DNA from: an uncultured bacterium
GTDB taxonomy: Bacteria > Chlamydiota > Chlamydiia > Chlamydiales > JAAKFR01
DNA: 64,000 nt
Direction of reading: 5' to 3'
NCBI GenBank assembly: GCA_964350245.1
Contig: CAYGJC010000003.1
Coordinates: 24,556-88,555 of the forward strand
A model generated the notes under the pieces. It was not told the origin of the DNA. It made no database searches and saw only the letters and a program-made list of their open reading frames with translations. Positions 39,325 to 47,927 of the stretch are shown in pieces. The first letter of the stretch is position 1. Every line of letters starts with the position of its first letter. The translations under genes and the position numbers were made by a program.

Positions 39325-41831
39325 TTGACTTCCCCTTGTGGAATCGTTTGCTTGTCGAAGAGTGGAGCGGAATCATCGAAAAAGCGGACCCTGACCAAGT
39401 GTCAGCTCTTTTTGTTTTTGCTTTTGGGCAACGAGCCTTGGAAGCCCACCCCTACCGAAATTTACAGGCACGGGTAAAGGTACTAACCGCGATTCACCGC
39501 AAAGATGCAGCGACTTTAGCGCAGTGGGTAGCAGAAAGAAGTAGTGTTACATCTACAGAGCGTCCCGATCAGGCACTTAAAAGAGAGAAATGGTTGGTGG
39601 GAGCTACATTCTATCCCTTCCCGTCTCAACAGTCTCTATCCACTTGTGACTCAAATCTCGGTCTCTCCAAACATGCAGACAACTTGAAGCGGGGAGTGCA
39701 TCTTCTCTACAATTTCGTAGATGGAGCGGCACGTAAACTCACCCCTGAGCAGAACTGTTTGCTTTTAAGGACACTGGTGGTACATGCGGGGGTAAGGGAA
39801 AAGGGAAATCCCATATCATTTTGGCAGCTGCTGATTGACTGGGTCAGTCACGACTCAGATCGACAGCTCATCTACCAAGAGCTCCTCAAGAGATTCCAAA
39901 GTATCCTTGGCACGCTCAAGCCTCCCAGCCTGCAAAAAGAGGATTATCAGCCAGGCGAACTGTTTAGTTCTTATGTCAAAGGGCGCGTGCTTAGCTCGAT
40001 CGGGGTTCCTCTGTCGGAACAAGCCACAACCTTTCTCACGGATCAAATGAAGTACTCAATCGAGATCCTATTAGATGTTGCCTATTTTTCTGACTCACCG
40101 CCAGCTGATTTATCTACTCATCGACAGAGTCGAGAAATTGTACGCTCTCTCTACTACTTCAAACAACTCCAAACCCCAAACGTCTCCTTATTTGACTTGA
40201 TTGTACTAAGGGAGCCTAAACGCGCCGAAGAAGCTCCTTATTGTACGCTTCTTGCAACCATAGAAACTGCCGATCCTCGCCAGGTTCCAAAGGCTCTTAC
40301 TCTCACTCTAGAACTGGTGCCACGCTTCTCTCAACTCACTCGGGGAGAACACTTTTACCTCTTTCTCTTCTGTTTAAAACACATCGATAACTCTTTTACT
40401 GATTTAGCTTTAGAAGAGGTGACCTTTAAAGAGTTTCTTCTTTGGGCAGGGAGTGTCTTTTCTGCGCGCCTGCGCGCTTATCGTGACAATAAAGGGGCGG
40501 AACCTTTAATCCCCGGGTGCTCCCTTTCTGAAGGACAGCAGCGCTTTTTACATGCCGCCGATTTGAGTACTGTCCCCTTATTAAAGCGCTATTTTGCGGC
40601 GCTCAACATTCCTCCCAGCTCAACTTTTTGCTTCCATTTCATCATGCATGGAATAAAAGGAGAGATTCACAGTACAGATCCAATTGAGAGACAGCAGGAG
40701 ATATATGCGCTTTCCGAGTCCCTTCCTCCCTCTCTTCGACCGCTGCTGAACACTCCTTTTCCCTACCAACAGACCCCTGCAGCGCAGCGCTCTTTTCCAA
40801 TCTGTTTAGAGACCGAAAAAGCTCTGCGTAGGGGTGTACGCATACTTTTTTCAGATCAACCGGACGAAGGAGTGGATGTTGAACGTGTGCTTACTTACCA
40901 CGCCGCTTTAATTGAGGCGGGAAGACCTGTGTTCTACCGCCAAGCGCGCGAGCAGTGGCCAGGTAAGAGTCAATCTTTCCAGGAATATCTAATTGAACGC
41001 ACCCTGGCTTCATTAGAAGCACGACTTGAGCTCACCTTTTCAGAAACCGTGGCAAGTATCCTTAAAGCTGAGATGGAAACAGAAACTGTCCGAATCGATT
41101 TGGGCTACTTTCCTCATGTTAGCACATCCTTTGAGATCGATCGGGAGCGTACCTCCTACCCATTGCTTCTTCACCTTCAACACTTTTTCCGCTTGCATCA
41201 GAACTGCCACACCTCTCAAGAGAGAAGCCTGCTTATGGACTATCTTTTTTCGTGCAAAGAGATCTATGCAAATAAAGAGCCCCATCAAAGTTTCTTGCCA
41301 GGAGCCCTTTCCACTGTTTTAGTGCCCATGCGCGATGTGCTTCCTGTGATGCGCTCTCTTCAAATGCGTTTTCCGAAAGAATCCATCGCGTTTTTACTGG
41401 GCGTTTTCCTCAAAAAACCAAGACTCATGGAAGTGATTCCAAGCTGGCCTGTTGAATGCGTAACGCTAAAACAGCTGCTTGTTGTCTGCGCAAAAGAGAG
41501 CCGCCTTCAACGATGCCAAAGGAGTTGTCCTGATTTCGGACTTGCATTCTCTTCTCACCAGAGAGGTTTTCTACATGCTCTTTCAGATGAGCCAGCCTTT
41601 CAGAAAAGACTTCTCTTTGTACGCCAGCTCCCTCAGGAGCGGACAGGTCCCTTTGCGTTTGCCTTTTTGATAAGCGAGATTGAACTGAAAGACTCAGATC
41701 AAACAGAAATTTTAGATGCGCTTCGCTCCAGCCGTTTTGCGCAAGCGGTTAAAATTTTTGGATCTAAATTATTATATGACGATAATTTAGATGTTATGGA
41801 GCTGTTTATTCAGCGGTTTGGAGAAGATTAA
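39321..41831 (+). CDS. large hypothetical protein (836 aa), translationally coupled to the upstream membrane protein
   Basis: Track ORF 39258-41831 trimmed to ATG 39321 (ATGA overlap). Helical-looking, no motif recognised. Confidence 0.65.
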   Translation: MIDFPLWNRLLVEEWSGIIEKADPDQVSALFVFAFGQRALEAHPYRNLQARVKVLTAIHRKDAATLAQWVAERSSVTSTERPDQALKREKWLVGATFYPFPSQQSLSTCDSNLGLSKHADNLKRGVHLLYNFVDGAARKLTPEQNCLLLRTLVVHAGVREKGNPISFWQLLIDWVSHDSDRQLIYQELLKRFQSILGTLKPPSLQKEDYQPGELFSSYVKGRVLSSIGVPLSEQATTFLTDQMKYSIEILLDVAYFSDSPPADLSTHRQSREIVRSLYYFKQLQTPNVSLFDLIVLREPKRAEEAPYCTLLATIETADPRQVPKALTLTLELVPRFSQLTRGEHFYLFLFCLKHIDNSFTDLALEEVTFKEFLLWAGSVFSARLRAYRDNKGAEPLIPGCSLSEGQQRFLHAADLSTVPLLKRYFAALNIPPSSTFCFHFIMHGIKGEIHSTDPIERQQEIYALSESLPPSLRPLLNTPFPYQQTPAAQRSFPICLETEKALRRGVRILFSDQPDEGVDVERVLTYHAALIEAGRPVFYRQAREQWPGKSQSFQEYLIERTLASLEARLELTFSETVASILKAEMETETVRIDLGYFPHVSTSFEIDRERTSYPLLLHLQHFFRLHQNCHTSQERSLLMDYLFSCKEIYANKEPHQSFLPGALSTVLVPMRDVLPVMRSLQMRFPKESIAFLLGVFLKKPRLMEVIPSWPVECVTLKQLLVVCAKESRLQRCQRSCPDFGLAFSSHQRGFLHALSDEPAFQKRLLFVRQLPQERTGPFAFAFLISEIELKDSDQTEILDALRSSRFAQAVKIFGSKLLYDDNLDVMELFIQRFGED

Positions 41832-41959
41832 CCATCACCCGGATTTGGACCAAAGTGGATTTCATCGTAATCAGGACTCTCATCGTCATGCGATCCTAGC
41901 CAATTGCAACCCGAAGCAAGCGTTAAGATGGTCAGCATAGCGACAAAATAAAATTTCAT
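41828..41959 (-). CDS. small putative lipoprotein (43 aa) missing from the ORF track
   Basis: My own translation gives MKFYFVAMLTILTLASGCNWLGSHDDESPDYDEIHFGPNPGDG*. The lipobox is LASGC, and AAGAGG lies about 7 nt upstream of the ATG (41959). Confidence 0.45.
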   Translation of the reverse strand: MKFYFVAMLTILTLASGCNWLGSHDDESPDYDEIHFGPNPGDG

Positions 41960-42036
41960 GGTATACCTCTTGAGCTGTGTTTGAAGCATTTTTGATGCCA
42001 AGAATACTGAAATTAGTTATACTCTTTCAGTAAATT

Positions 42037-45000
42037 ATGATGATTAATCCTGATTATTCAGATTCAGTTAGAAAGCCCTCCTTTTACGAAAGGCAGCCTT
42101 ACTATTTTGCCATTACCATTCTGGCGATTGGGGTGATTGCTCTGGCCATTACAGCGGTTGGTGCACACTATGGAGTCTGGTCGGCGGGTGCTTTAGACTA
42201 TTTGACACGAGCCCACACGTTTATCCTGCTTTCAGCAAGTGGAGGTGCGCTACTTTTGCTATTTACGGCGGCTATAGCTGGATCTCTAAAATGGCAAATC
42301 AATTCCCGAAACGATGAATATACGCTCGCTCAACAAGATTATGAAGCGCAGTTGAGACAAAGAGCTCATGAGGTGGAACAACTCACAGTTGAGCGTAATG
42401 CCCTTCAACACCGCATCACTGAGGCCCAAGAGCAAGCCGCTAGGGCTCAAGCAGATCACGAGCAACAAGTTGGTGAGCTTACAGAACAAGCCCGACAAAA
42501 GGCTCAACTTAGACAAGAGGCCTTTGAAAGAGAATTAGCTGAAGCGCGAAGAGCCGAGCGGGAACTGCTAGATAAACTTCTGACTGCAGAAGCAACGTTA
42601 CGTGAGCTTAGAGAGAGAAATGCTGAAGCGCTTCTGTCTGCAAGCTATATAGCCAATAGACCGGGAAGCCCTTCTGCAGCAGCTCCTCAATGGACTCAGC
42701 GTGCCTGGAGAGTCTTTACCTACGATCAGGTAGCAGAACAGAAGTATCACGCCGTTCTGGATCAATACGTTTGGCATTTACAAAGACAAGATTTTGATCT
42801 CGAATCCCTCTTTGCACATCCCCCACTACGCCCCATTGTCCGCCATTTGTTACGGCTTGAAAAGGAAGGTGATGCGCGTCTCTGTTATCAACATGCGATT
42901 AGAGAGCTCCGCGCCCTAATTGTATCTAGTTTGTATCAAGAACTGCCCGCTGACGATCCGATCAAGCATTTTGTGCACGCCTTTTGCTTAATCCGGTGGA
43001 AAGGAACACATCTATATAGCTATTTAGAAGAGACCGTTCAATTGACAGTAGATTCAGAAGCGATTGCACCCTCAAATTTGCGTGCATTTCCTCACGCTGT
43101 TATGGATGTCAATACACGAGTGAAACACTCCCCTCATAAAAAGCCTGTGGTGGATCTTCAAGCGCAAAAACTGGCAGGGGCTGTTGGAGTGGAAGATTTT
43201 TGCGGTAATAAAAACACACCCAACGTCAGGCATATCCAAACCTTTACCAATGCAAGTGGAGAAACCCGTGAGATTTCTTATGTCCGCCACGGAAGCCCAA
43301 CAGCTTTAGGGCACGACTATAGCAACGGAGGCATTGGGATACGCAAGTTTATCGGAACGTTTTTACGCGCATGGAGTAACAATTTACCCGACTTTGCTGT
43401 CGAAATAGATACGGGAGAAGTGGTCACTGTCGATTACCATGAGTACTTATTGGCTTTGGCTGCTCGGGGAGAGAGTGAACTGTTTTGTATCCACCAAAGG
43501 CGGACGCCAGACATCTTTGAGGATGAAAGGACGCGAGTGATGCGTATCGAAGCTCTTCAACAGACTCACGACAACATCTTTGTTTTGACCCAGCCGGTCG
43601 AAGGAGATCTTTTCGAGCATAGAGGTGAATACAGTAAGATGACCTCTTTCGATCAGCTCTTTCGCGCTCTAGAAACAGAATTTTTTGATCGAGATCCTGA
43701 TCATATCCGGACGCGAGCCTCTCTTCCTTATTGTTTACGCGGGGATGCTCAATATCGAGCTGAGTTCCGTCGACTTCTTAGAGTTATCAAAGAGGTGTGC
43801 TTTCAGGGAGACACGCTAGTTACACAGGATCTAAGCAGTGAACTCGATGAGCAGTACCTAGCTCAAACCGAGCAAATTAAGGGCATGTTACGGAACTTGA
43901 ATCTCCGTAAACTGAATCCTATTGAAGAACCTGTTTTTCCCCGCGAAATCTTGGAGCGAATCCTTGCCGATGAAGCACTCAAAGAGCACTTAGTCCAAAT
44001 GGTGAGTCAAGAGAGTGATCTGGCACAGTGGCTCCCTTCTGGCACTGAGCCAGACCTAGACAATATTCATGTGCGCGGGGCGGCTCTTCACGCCATCGTG
44101 GGCACTGTGATCCACAACATTTTGCAAGAGAACCGCGCCCTGCGTGACTTAGAAGAGAGGCAAGCTGAACTGATTGCCAATTGGCAGAGCTTCATTTCGC
44201 TCTTTTACGCTTTTCAGAGAATGGATCTTAAAGTCCGTCTGCACGGCGTAAACAACTATAGATTAACAGCCTATAAAAATCCCTGCAAAGATCACTTAGA
44301 TCGGGGAGGGAATCAGGCGTTTGTAGAAGACCGTCTTCTCCATTATATGCTAGGTCAACAGGACAATCCGCAAAGAATGGAAGAGGCGCTCTACAACTTG
44401 CTAGGTCCCCCTATTCTTGTGAAGAAAAAGGAGGCCATTCCCCGGCGGATTCTTCCGGGAATGAAAGTTGAGCAGCTTTTAAGAGCCATGCCCTCGTACG
44501 AGCCTTTAAGAAACTGTCAATTTGGAGGGGAGTGGAAAATTGCGGACATTAAAATTCCCCGCGTTCCGGGCCAGTCTGGAGTGCCGCACATTCGCAGAAT
44601 CGTGAAAGAAGAGGTGAGGCTTCATCCTGACCAAGTGGGATCCATTCTCCAGCGCTTTTCAGGCTTAAAGCTCAAACAATGGGAACCGCGTCCTAACAGC
44701 GGAGGGGATCCGAACGAAGAATCCACAATTAGACAACAGTTTGAACGCGATTTTGGAGGCAGCGCAGGGACAGGTTACCTCTTAACCACCGCCTCTTCCA
44801 CCTCTCCTATTACAGGCTATAAGGGGACTAAGGAAGCGTTGCTGGCGCATCCTCTGATCAATCAGAATGAACAAAAAGCCCTTCAAATTCTTGCCTCTTT
44901 TCACCAAGGGCTGGGAGGCATTGTGAGCGTGGCCATTTTAGAAACCTTGAGTGGACATGCAAGGCTCAAAAATAAAGAGCCCCAAGGAAATGAGACAATT

Positions 45001-45186
45001 AGAACCTTTCATCTTGATTTGAAAGATCCAACTAAGATCACGATGAGATACGCAGATGCGCTTTATGTTTGTCCTAATGAGGAAGACAGACAGCTCGCAG
45101 AGCTTAACGTCTATACCAAGGTGGAATACGAAGCGGGGGACTCTCAGCTTACTTCCCAGATCTATACCTGCTGGAATGTTGTTTAG
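42037..45186 (+). CDS. large Inc-like protein: bilobed hydrophobic domain + ~110-aa coiled coil + ~840-aa C-terminal region
   Basis: YYFAITILAIGVIALAITAVGAHYGVW-..-TFILLSASGGALLLLFTAAIAGSL, followed by heptad-rich text QQDYEAQLRQRAHEVEQLTVERNALQHRITEAQEQAARAQADHEQQVGELTEQARQKAQLRQEAFERELAEARRAERELLDKL. Confidence 0.7.
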   Translation: MMINPDYSDSVRKPSFYERQPYYFAITILAIGVIALAITAVGAHYGVWSAGALDYLTRAHTFILLSASGGALLLLFTAAIAGSLKWQINSRNDEYTLAQQDYEAQLRQRAHEVEQLTVERNALQHRITEAQEQAARAQADHEQQVGELTEQARQKAQLRQEAFERELAEARRAERELLDKLLTAEATLRELRERNAEALLSASYIANRPGSPSAAAPQWTQRAWRVFTYDQVAEQKYHAVLDQYVWHLQRQDFDLESLFAHPPLRPIVRHLLRLEKEGDARLCYQHAIRELRALIVSSLYQELPADDPIKHFVHAFCLIRWKGTHLYSYLEETVQLTVDSEAIAPSNLRAFPHAVMDVNTRVKHSPHKKPVVDLQAQKLAGAVGVEDFCGNKNTPNVRHIQTFTNASGETREISYVRHGSPTALGHDYSNGGIGIRKFIGTFLRAWSNNLPDFAVEIDTGEVVTVDYHEYLLALAARGESELFCIHQRRTPDIFEDERTRVMRIEALQQTHDNIFVLTQPVEGDLFEHRGEYSKMTSFDQLFRALETEFFDRDPDHIRTRASLPYCLRGDAQYRAEFRRLLRVIKEVCFQGDTLVTQDLSSELDEQYLAQTEQIKGMLRNLNLRKLNPIEEPVFPREILERILADEALKEHLVQMVSQESDLAQWLPSGTEPDLDNIHVRGAALHAIVGTVIHNILQENRALRDLEERQAELIANWQSFISLFYAFQRMDLKVRLHGVNNYRLTAYKNPCKDHLDRGGNQAFVEDRLLHYMLGQQDNPQRMEEALYNLLGPPILVKKKEAIPRRILPGMKVEQLLRAMPSYEPLRNCQFGGEWKIADIKIPRVPGQSGVPHIRRIVKEEVRLHPDQVGSILQRFSGLKLKQWEPRPNSGGDPNEESTIRQQFERDFGGSAGTGYLLTTASSTSPITGYKGTKEALLAHPLINQNEQKALQILASFHQGLGGIVSVAILETLSGHARLKNKEPQGNETIRTFHLDLKDPTKITMRYADALYVCPNEEDRQLAELNVYTKVEYEAGDSQLTSQIYTCWNVV
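44284..44304 (+). other. CKDHLDR (C-x5-R) motif at Cys750 of the Inc-like protein; candidate phosphatase P-loop
   Basis: ..YKNPCKDHLDRGGNQAF.. Cys, Lys+1, Asp+5 and Arg+6 are shared with the CKSxKDRT / CxDCLDRTN loops of lipid phosphatases, as I recall them. Short motif with a high chance expectation. Confidence 0.25.
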
Positions 45187-45228
45187 CTTCTTGCTTTTCA
45201 ATTACTATTTTTCTAGAATCTCTCTTCT

Positions 45229-46701
45229 ATGGCAAAAGAAAATGCAATTTCCCCTACGCGATCTGAAGACTACCCAGAGTGGTATCAGCAAGTCGTCAAG
45301 CACGCAGATTTAGCAGAAAATTCCCCCGTCCGTGGCTGCATGGTGATGAAGCCTTGGGGCTACGGCATTTGGGAGAAGATGCAGCGCTATCTTGACGCTG
45401 AAATCAAAGCAACCGGTCATCAAAACGTCTATTTTCCCCTTTTTATCCCTTTGAGTTTTTTGGAAAAAGAAGCCACTCACGTGGAAGGATTTGCCAAAGA
45501 GTGCGCTGTTGTCACCCACCACCGTCTTGAAGAACGGAATGGAAAGCTTGTTCCGGCAGGAGAACTGGAAGAACCTCTCATTGCACGCCCGACATCTGAA
45601 ACGATTATTGGAGAAGCCTTTTCCCGTTGGATTGAGTCATATAGAGATTTGCCCCTGCTCATTAATCAGTGGGCTAACATCATTCGATGGGAAATGCGCC
45701 CGCGCATCTTTTTGCGTACAACCGAGTTTCTGTGGCAGGAGGGACACACCGCTCATGCAACAGAAGACGAGGCTTTGCAAGAAACCCGGACGATGCTGGA
45801 AGTTTATCGAAAATTTGCCGAAGAAGTGTTGGCCATTCCCGTGATCGTAGGTGAAAAATCTCCTGGAGAGCGTTTCCCCGGAGCTGTAAGCACCTTCACT
45901 TTGGAAGCCATGATGCAAGATCACAAAGCGCTTCAGCTAGCCACATCGCACTACCTCGGGCAGAACTTTGCCAAAGCCTCTTCTGTGCGTTTTAGTAACC
46001 CGTCAGGGGATTTAGAGTATGCTTACACCACCTCTTGGGGGTGTACCACGCGGATGATTGGAGCGCTCATTATGTGTCATAGTGATGACGATGGTCTGCG
46101 TCTTCCTCCCAAAATCGCTCCGCAACAAGTGGTGATCATTCCCGTTATTCCTAAACCCGAGTTAGAAGAAGCTGTTTTATCCTACGCTAAAGCCGTTGCA
46201 GATCAACTAAAAGGTGTTTCGGTACACATTGATAAGCGTGATCGACGGGGGGGAGAGAAGAATTGGGAGTGGATTAAGAAGGGGATTCCTGTGCGCATTG
46301 AGGTAGGACCGCGTGATATTGACTCGCAATCCGTTATGGTGGCTCGCCGTGACCATCCGCATAAACAAAAAGAGAAAGTGGGGATAGATCAGCTCCCTGA
46401 ACATGTACTTGCTGTACTTGAAGAGATACAGAAAAATTACTACGAGCAGGCTCTAATCTATCGGGATGCACATTTTCGTTCTGATCTCACCACCCTTGAC
46501 GAGCTTGAAAAGTTTTTCACCCAGTCTGAGGGGGGATTTGTGCGCGCAAAGTGGTGTGGCGATCCAGAGACCGAGAAGTTGCTAGAGCCTTTAAAACTCA
46601 CCATGCGGTGTCTGCCGCTGAAGCAAAGCGGTACCGAAGGGCCTTGTATCTTGACTGGTAAGCCTGCCACCTTGGATGTCATCTTGGCTAAGGCTTACTA
46701 A
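45229..46701 (+). CDS. proS: proline--tRNA ligase (short archaeal/eukaryote-like type)
   Basis: ..YPEWYQQVVKHADLAENSPVRGCMVMKPWGYGIWE.., ..RPTSET.., ..FLRTTEFLWQEGHTAH... 490 aa. Confidence 0.93.
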   Translation: MAKENAISPTRSEDYPEWYQQVVKHADLAENSPVRGCMVMKPWGYGIWEKMQRYLDAEIKATGHQNVYFPLFIPLSFLEKEATHVEGFAKECAVVTHHRLEERNGKLVPAGELEEPLIARPTSETIIGEAFSRWIESYRDLPLLINQWANIIRWEMRPRIFLRTTEFLWQEGHTAHATEDEALQETRTMLEVYRKFAEEVLAIPVIVGEKSPGERFPGAVSTFTLEAMMQDHKALQLATSHYLGQNFAKASSVRFSNPSGDLEYAYTTSWGCTTRMIGALIMCHSDDDGLRLPPKIAPQQVVIIPVIPKPELEEAVLSYAKAVADQLKGVSVHIDKRDRRGGEKNWEWIKKGIPVRIEVGPRDIDSQSVMVARRDHPHKQKEKVGIDQLPEHVLAVLEEIQKNYYEQALIYRDAHFRSDLTTLDELEKFFTQSEGGFVRAKWCGDPETEKLLEPLKLTMRCLPLKQSGTEGPCILTGKPATLDVILAKAY

Positions 46702-47039
46702 AGCTCTCCTTGACCCACATCTGAGTGAACGACTTTTTTAAAGTGGTAGCCAATAGCTGGAATCAAAATCATTCCCCCACCTATAAGCGGAACGGTGAGA
46801 ACCACTCCAGCGCCCAATCCACAAGCTCCAGCGGCAACATCTGAAATAATCCACGCTCTTTGCAAGAAAGAGATTTTAATACCAGCTAAGCACACTCCGA
46901 TCAGTACAAGAATCATCAGAGCCACACCCAAGCTCAGCCAAGCGGCTCGCTTCCATCCACTGTAGCCATTCTCTACATCTGATCGCCTTGCCATTCCCGT
47001 GACAGAGCTTTTTGCTCCACTACATACTTTTGAAAACAT
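46698..47039 (-). CDS. small two-TM hairpin membrane protein, paralog 1 of 4 (Inc-like mini-family)
   Basis: MFSKVCSGAKSSVTGMARRSDVENGYSGWKRAAWLSLGVAL... ...IPAIGYHFKKVVH. ATG 47039 matches the paralog 3 start. Confidence 0.6.
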   Translation of the reverse strand: MFSKVCSGAKSSVTGMARRSDVENGYSGWKRAAWLSLGVALMILVLIGVCLAGIKISFLQRAWIISDVAAGACGLGAGVVLTVPLIGGGMILIPAIGYHFKKVVHSDVGQGEL

Positions 47040-47040
47040 A
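46911..47040. repeat. ~130-bp block about 96% identical to 47743-47872 (5' coding ends of paralogs 1 and 3)
   Basis: Aligned by eye, with about 5 mismatches in 130 nt. The flanks diverge abruptly on both sides. Confidence 0.8.
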
Positions 47041-47055
47041 TTTATCCCCACTTAC

Positions 47056-47418
47056 TTAAAGCCTGTCTCCAGGTGATTCATGTATTACTTTTTTAAAGTG
47101 ATAGCCAATCGCTGGAATCAGAATTTCCCCGGCACCCCATATTGGTAGGATGCCAATCGCTCCAAGTGAAGAAGTAAAAAGGGATACTACTACAATCGGT
47201 TTTACATTTGTTAGAGTACCGCAGGCCATAAAACCAGCAACAACGATTCCACTAATCAACCAGCCTACACCAGCCAGACCAAGAATAGCCAGCACGACAC
47301 CTAAGCTCAACCAAGCCGTTCGCTTCCAACCGCTATAGCCATTGTCTACATCTGATCGCCTTGCCAGATCTGCACCAAAATTTTGGGCACCACTATATAA
47401 TTCCGAAATTTTACCCAT
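47056..47418 (-). CDS. small two-TM hairpin membrane protein, paralog 2 of 4
   Basis: ..LARRSDVDNGYSGWKRTAWLSLGVVL.. ..IPAIGYHFKKVIH. AAGAGG lies upstream of the ATG. Confidence 0.6.
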   Translation of the reverse strand: MGKISELYSGAQNFGADLARRSDVDNGYSGWKRTAWLSLGVVLAILGLAGVGWLISGIVVAGFMACGTLTNVKPIVVVSLFTSSLGAIGILPIWGAGEILIPAIGYHFKKVIHESPGDRL

Positions 47419-47526
47419 ATAAACCTCTTTTATTATTTAAAATTTTTAAACTATGTCTACGTTCGCAAAACTCACTCAAAGATGATAAACAGGCTCCCAA
47501 ATATAGCTTCACCGCCCACGCTCTCA

Positions 47527-47871
47527 CTAAAGCTTGTCTCCAAATGTTTCATGCGTCACCTTTTTAAAGTGATAGCCAATAGCTGGTCTTAAAATGGCTC
47601 CGCCACCCATAAGTGGTATGACACCACACGCTCCAAGTGGAATTGCCAATATAATACCTGATTTTAAAGCAGTTGCCGAAATAGCTCCCATTGGAATCCA
47701 AGCGATTACACCCATACTCAAACTCAATCCAGCCAATCCAAGAATCGTCAGAGCCACACCCAAGCTCAGCCAAGCGGCTCGCTTCCAACCGCTATAGCCA
47801 TTCTCTACATCTGATCGCCTTGCCATTCCCGTGACAGAGCTTTTTGCTCCACTACATACTTTTGAAAACAT
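47527..47871 (-). CDS. small two-TM hairpin membrane protein, paralog 3 of 4
   Basis: The first 42 residues are identical to paralog 1, with a C-terminal ..PAIGYHFKKVTH. AGGAGG lies upstream of the ATG. Confidence 0.6.
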   Translation of the reverse strand: MFSKVCSGAKSSVTGMARRSDVENGYSGWKRAAWLSLGVALTILGLAGLSLSMGVIAWIPMGAISATALKSGIILAIPLGACGVIPLMGGGAILRPAIGYHFKKVTHETFGDKL

Positions 47872-47872
47872 A
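47743..47872. repeat. second copy of the ~130-bp near-identical block (see 46911-47040)
   Basis: As above. Confidence 0.8.
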
Positions 47873-47927
47873 CCTACACAAACCTCCTTTATTCCTTCTC
47901 CAACAAATCAGGCCGGACCGACTTGAC

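Noticed and set aside
41205-41228. CHTSQERS, a perfect C-x5-R-S 'PTP signature', in the 836-aa protein.
   Set aside because: There is no preceding His, no Gly in the loop, and none of the surrounding beta-alpha context I would expect. It mainly illustrates how easily C-x5-R arises by chance, which also tempers the CKDHLDR finding at 44284-44304.
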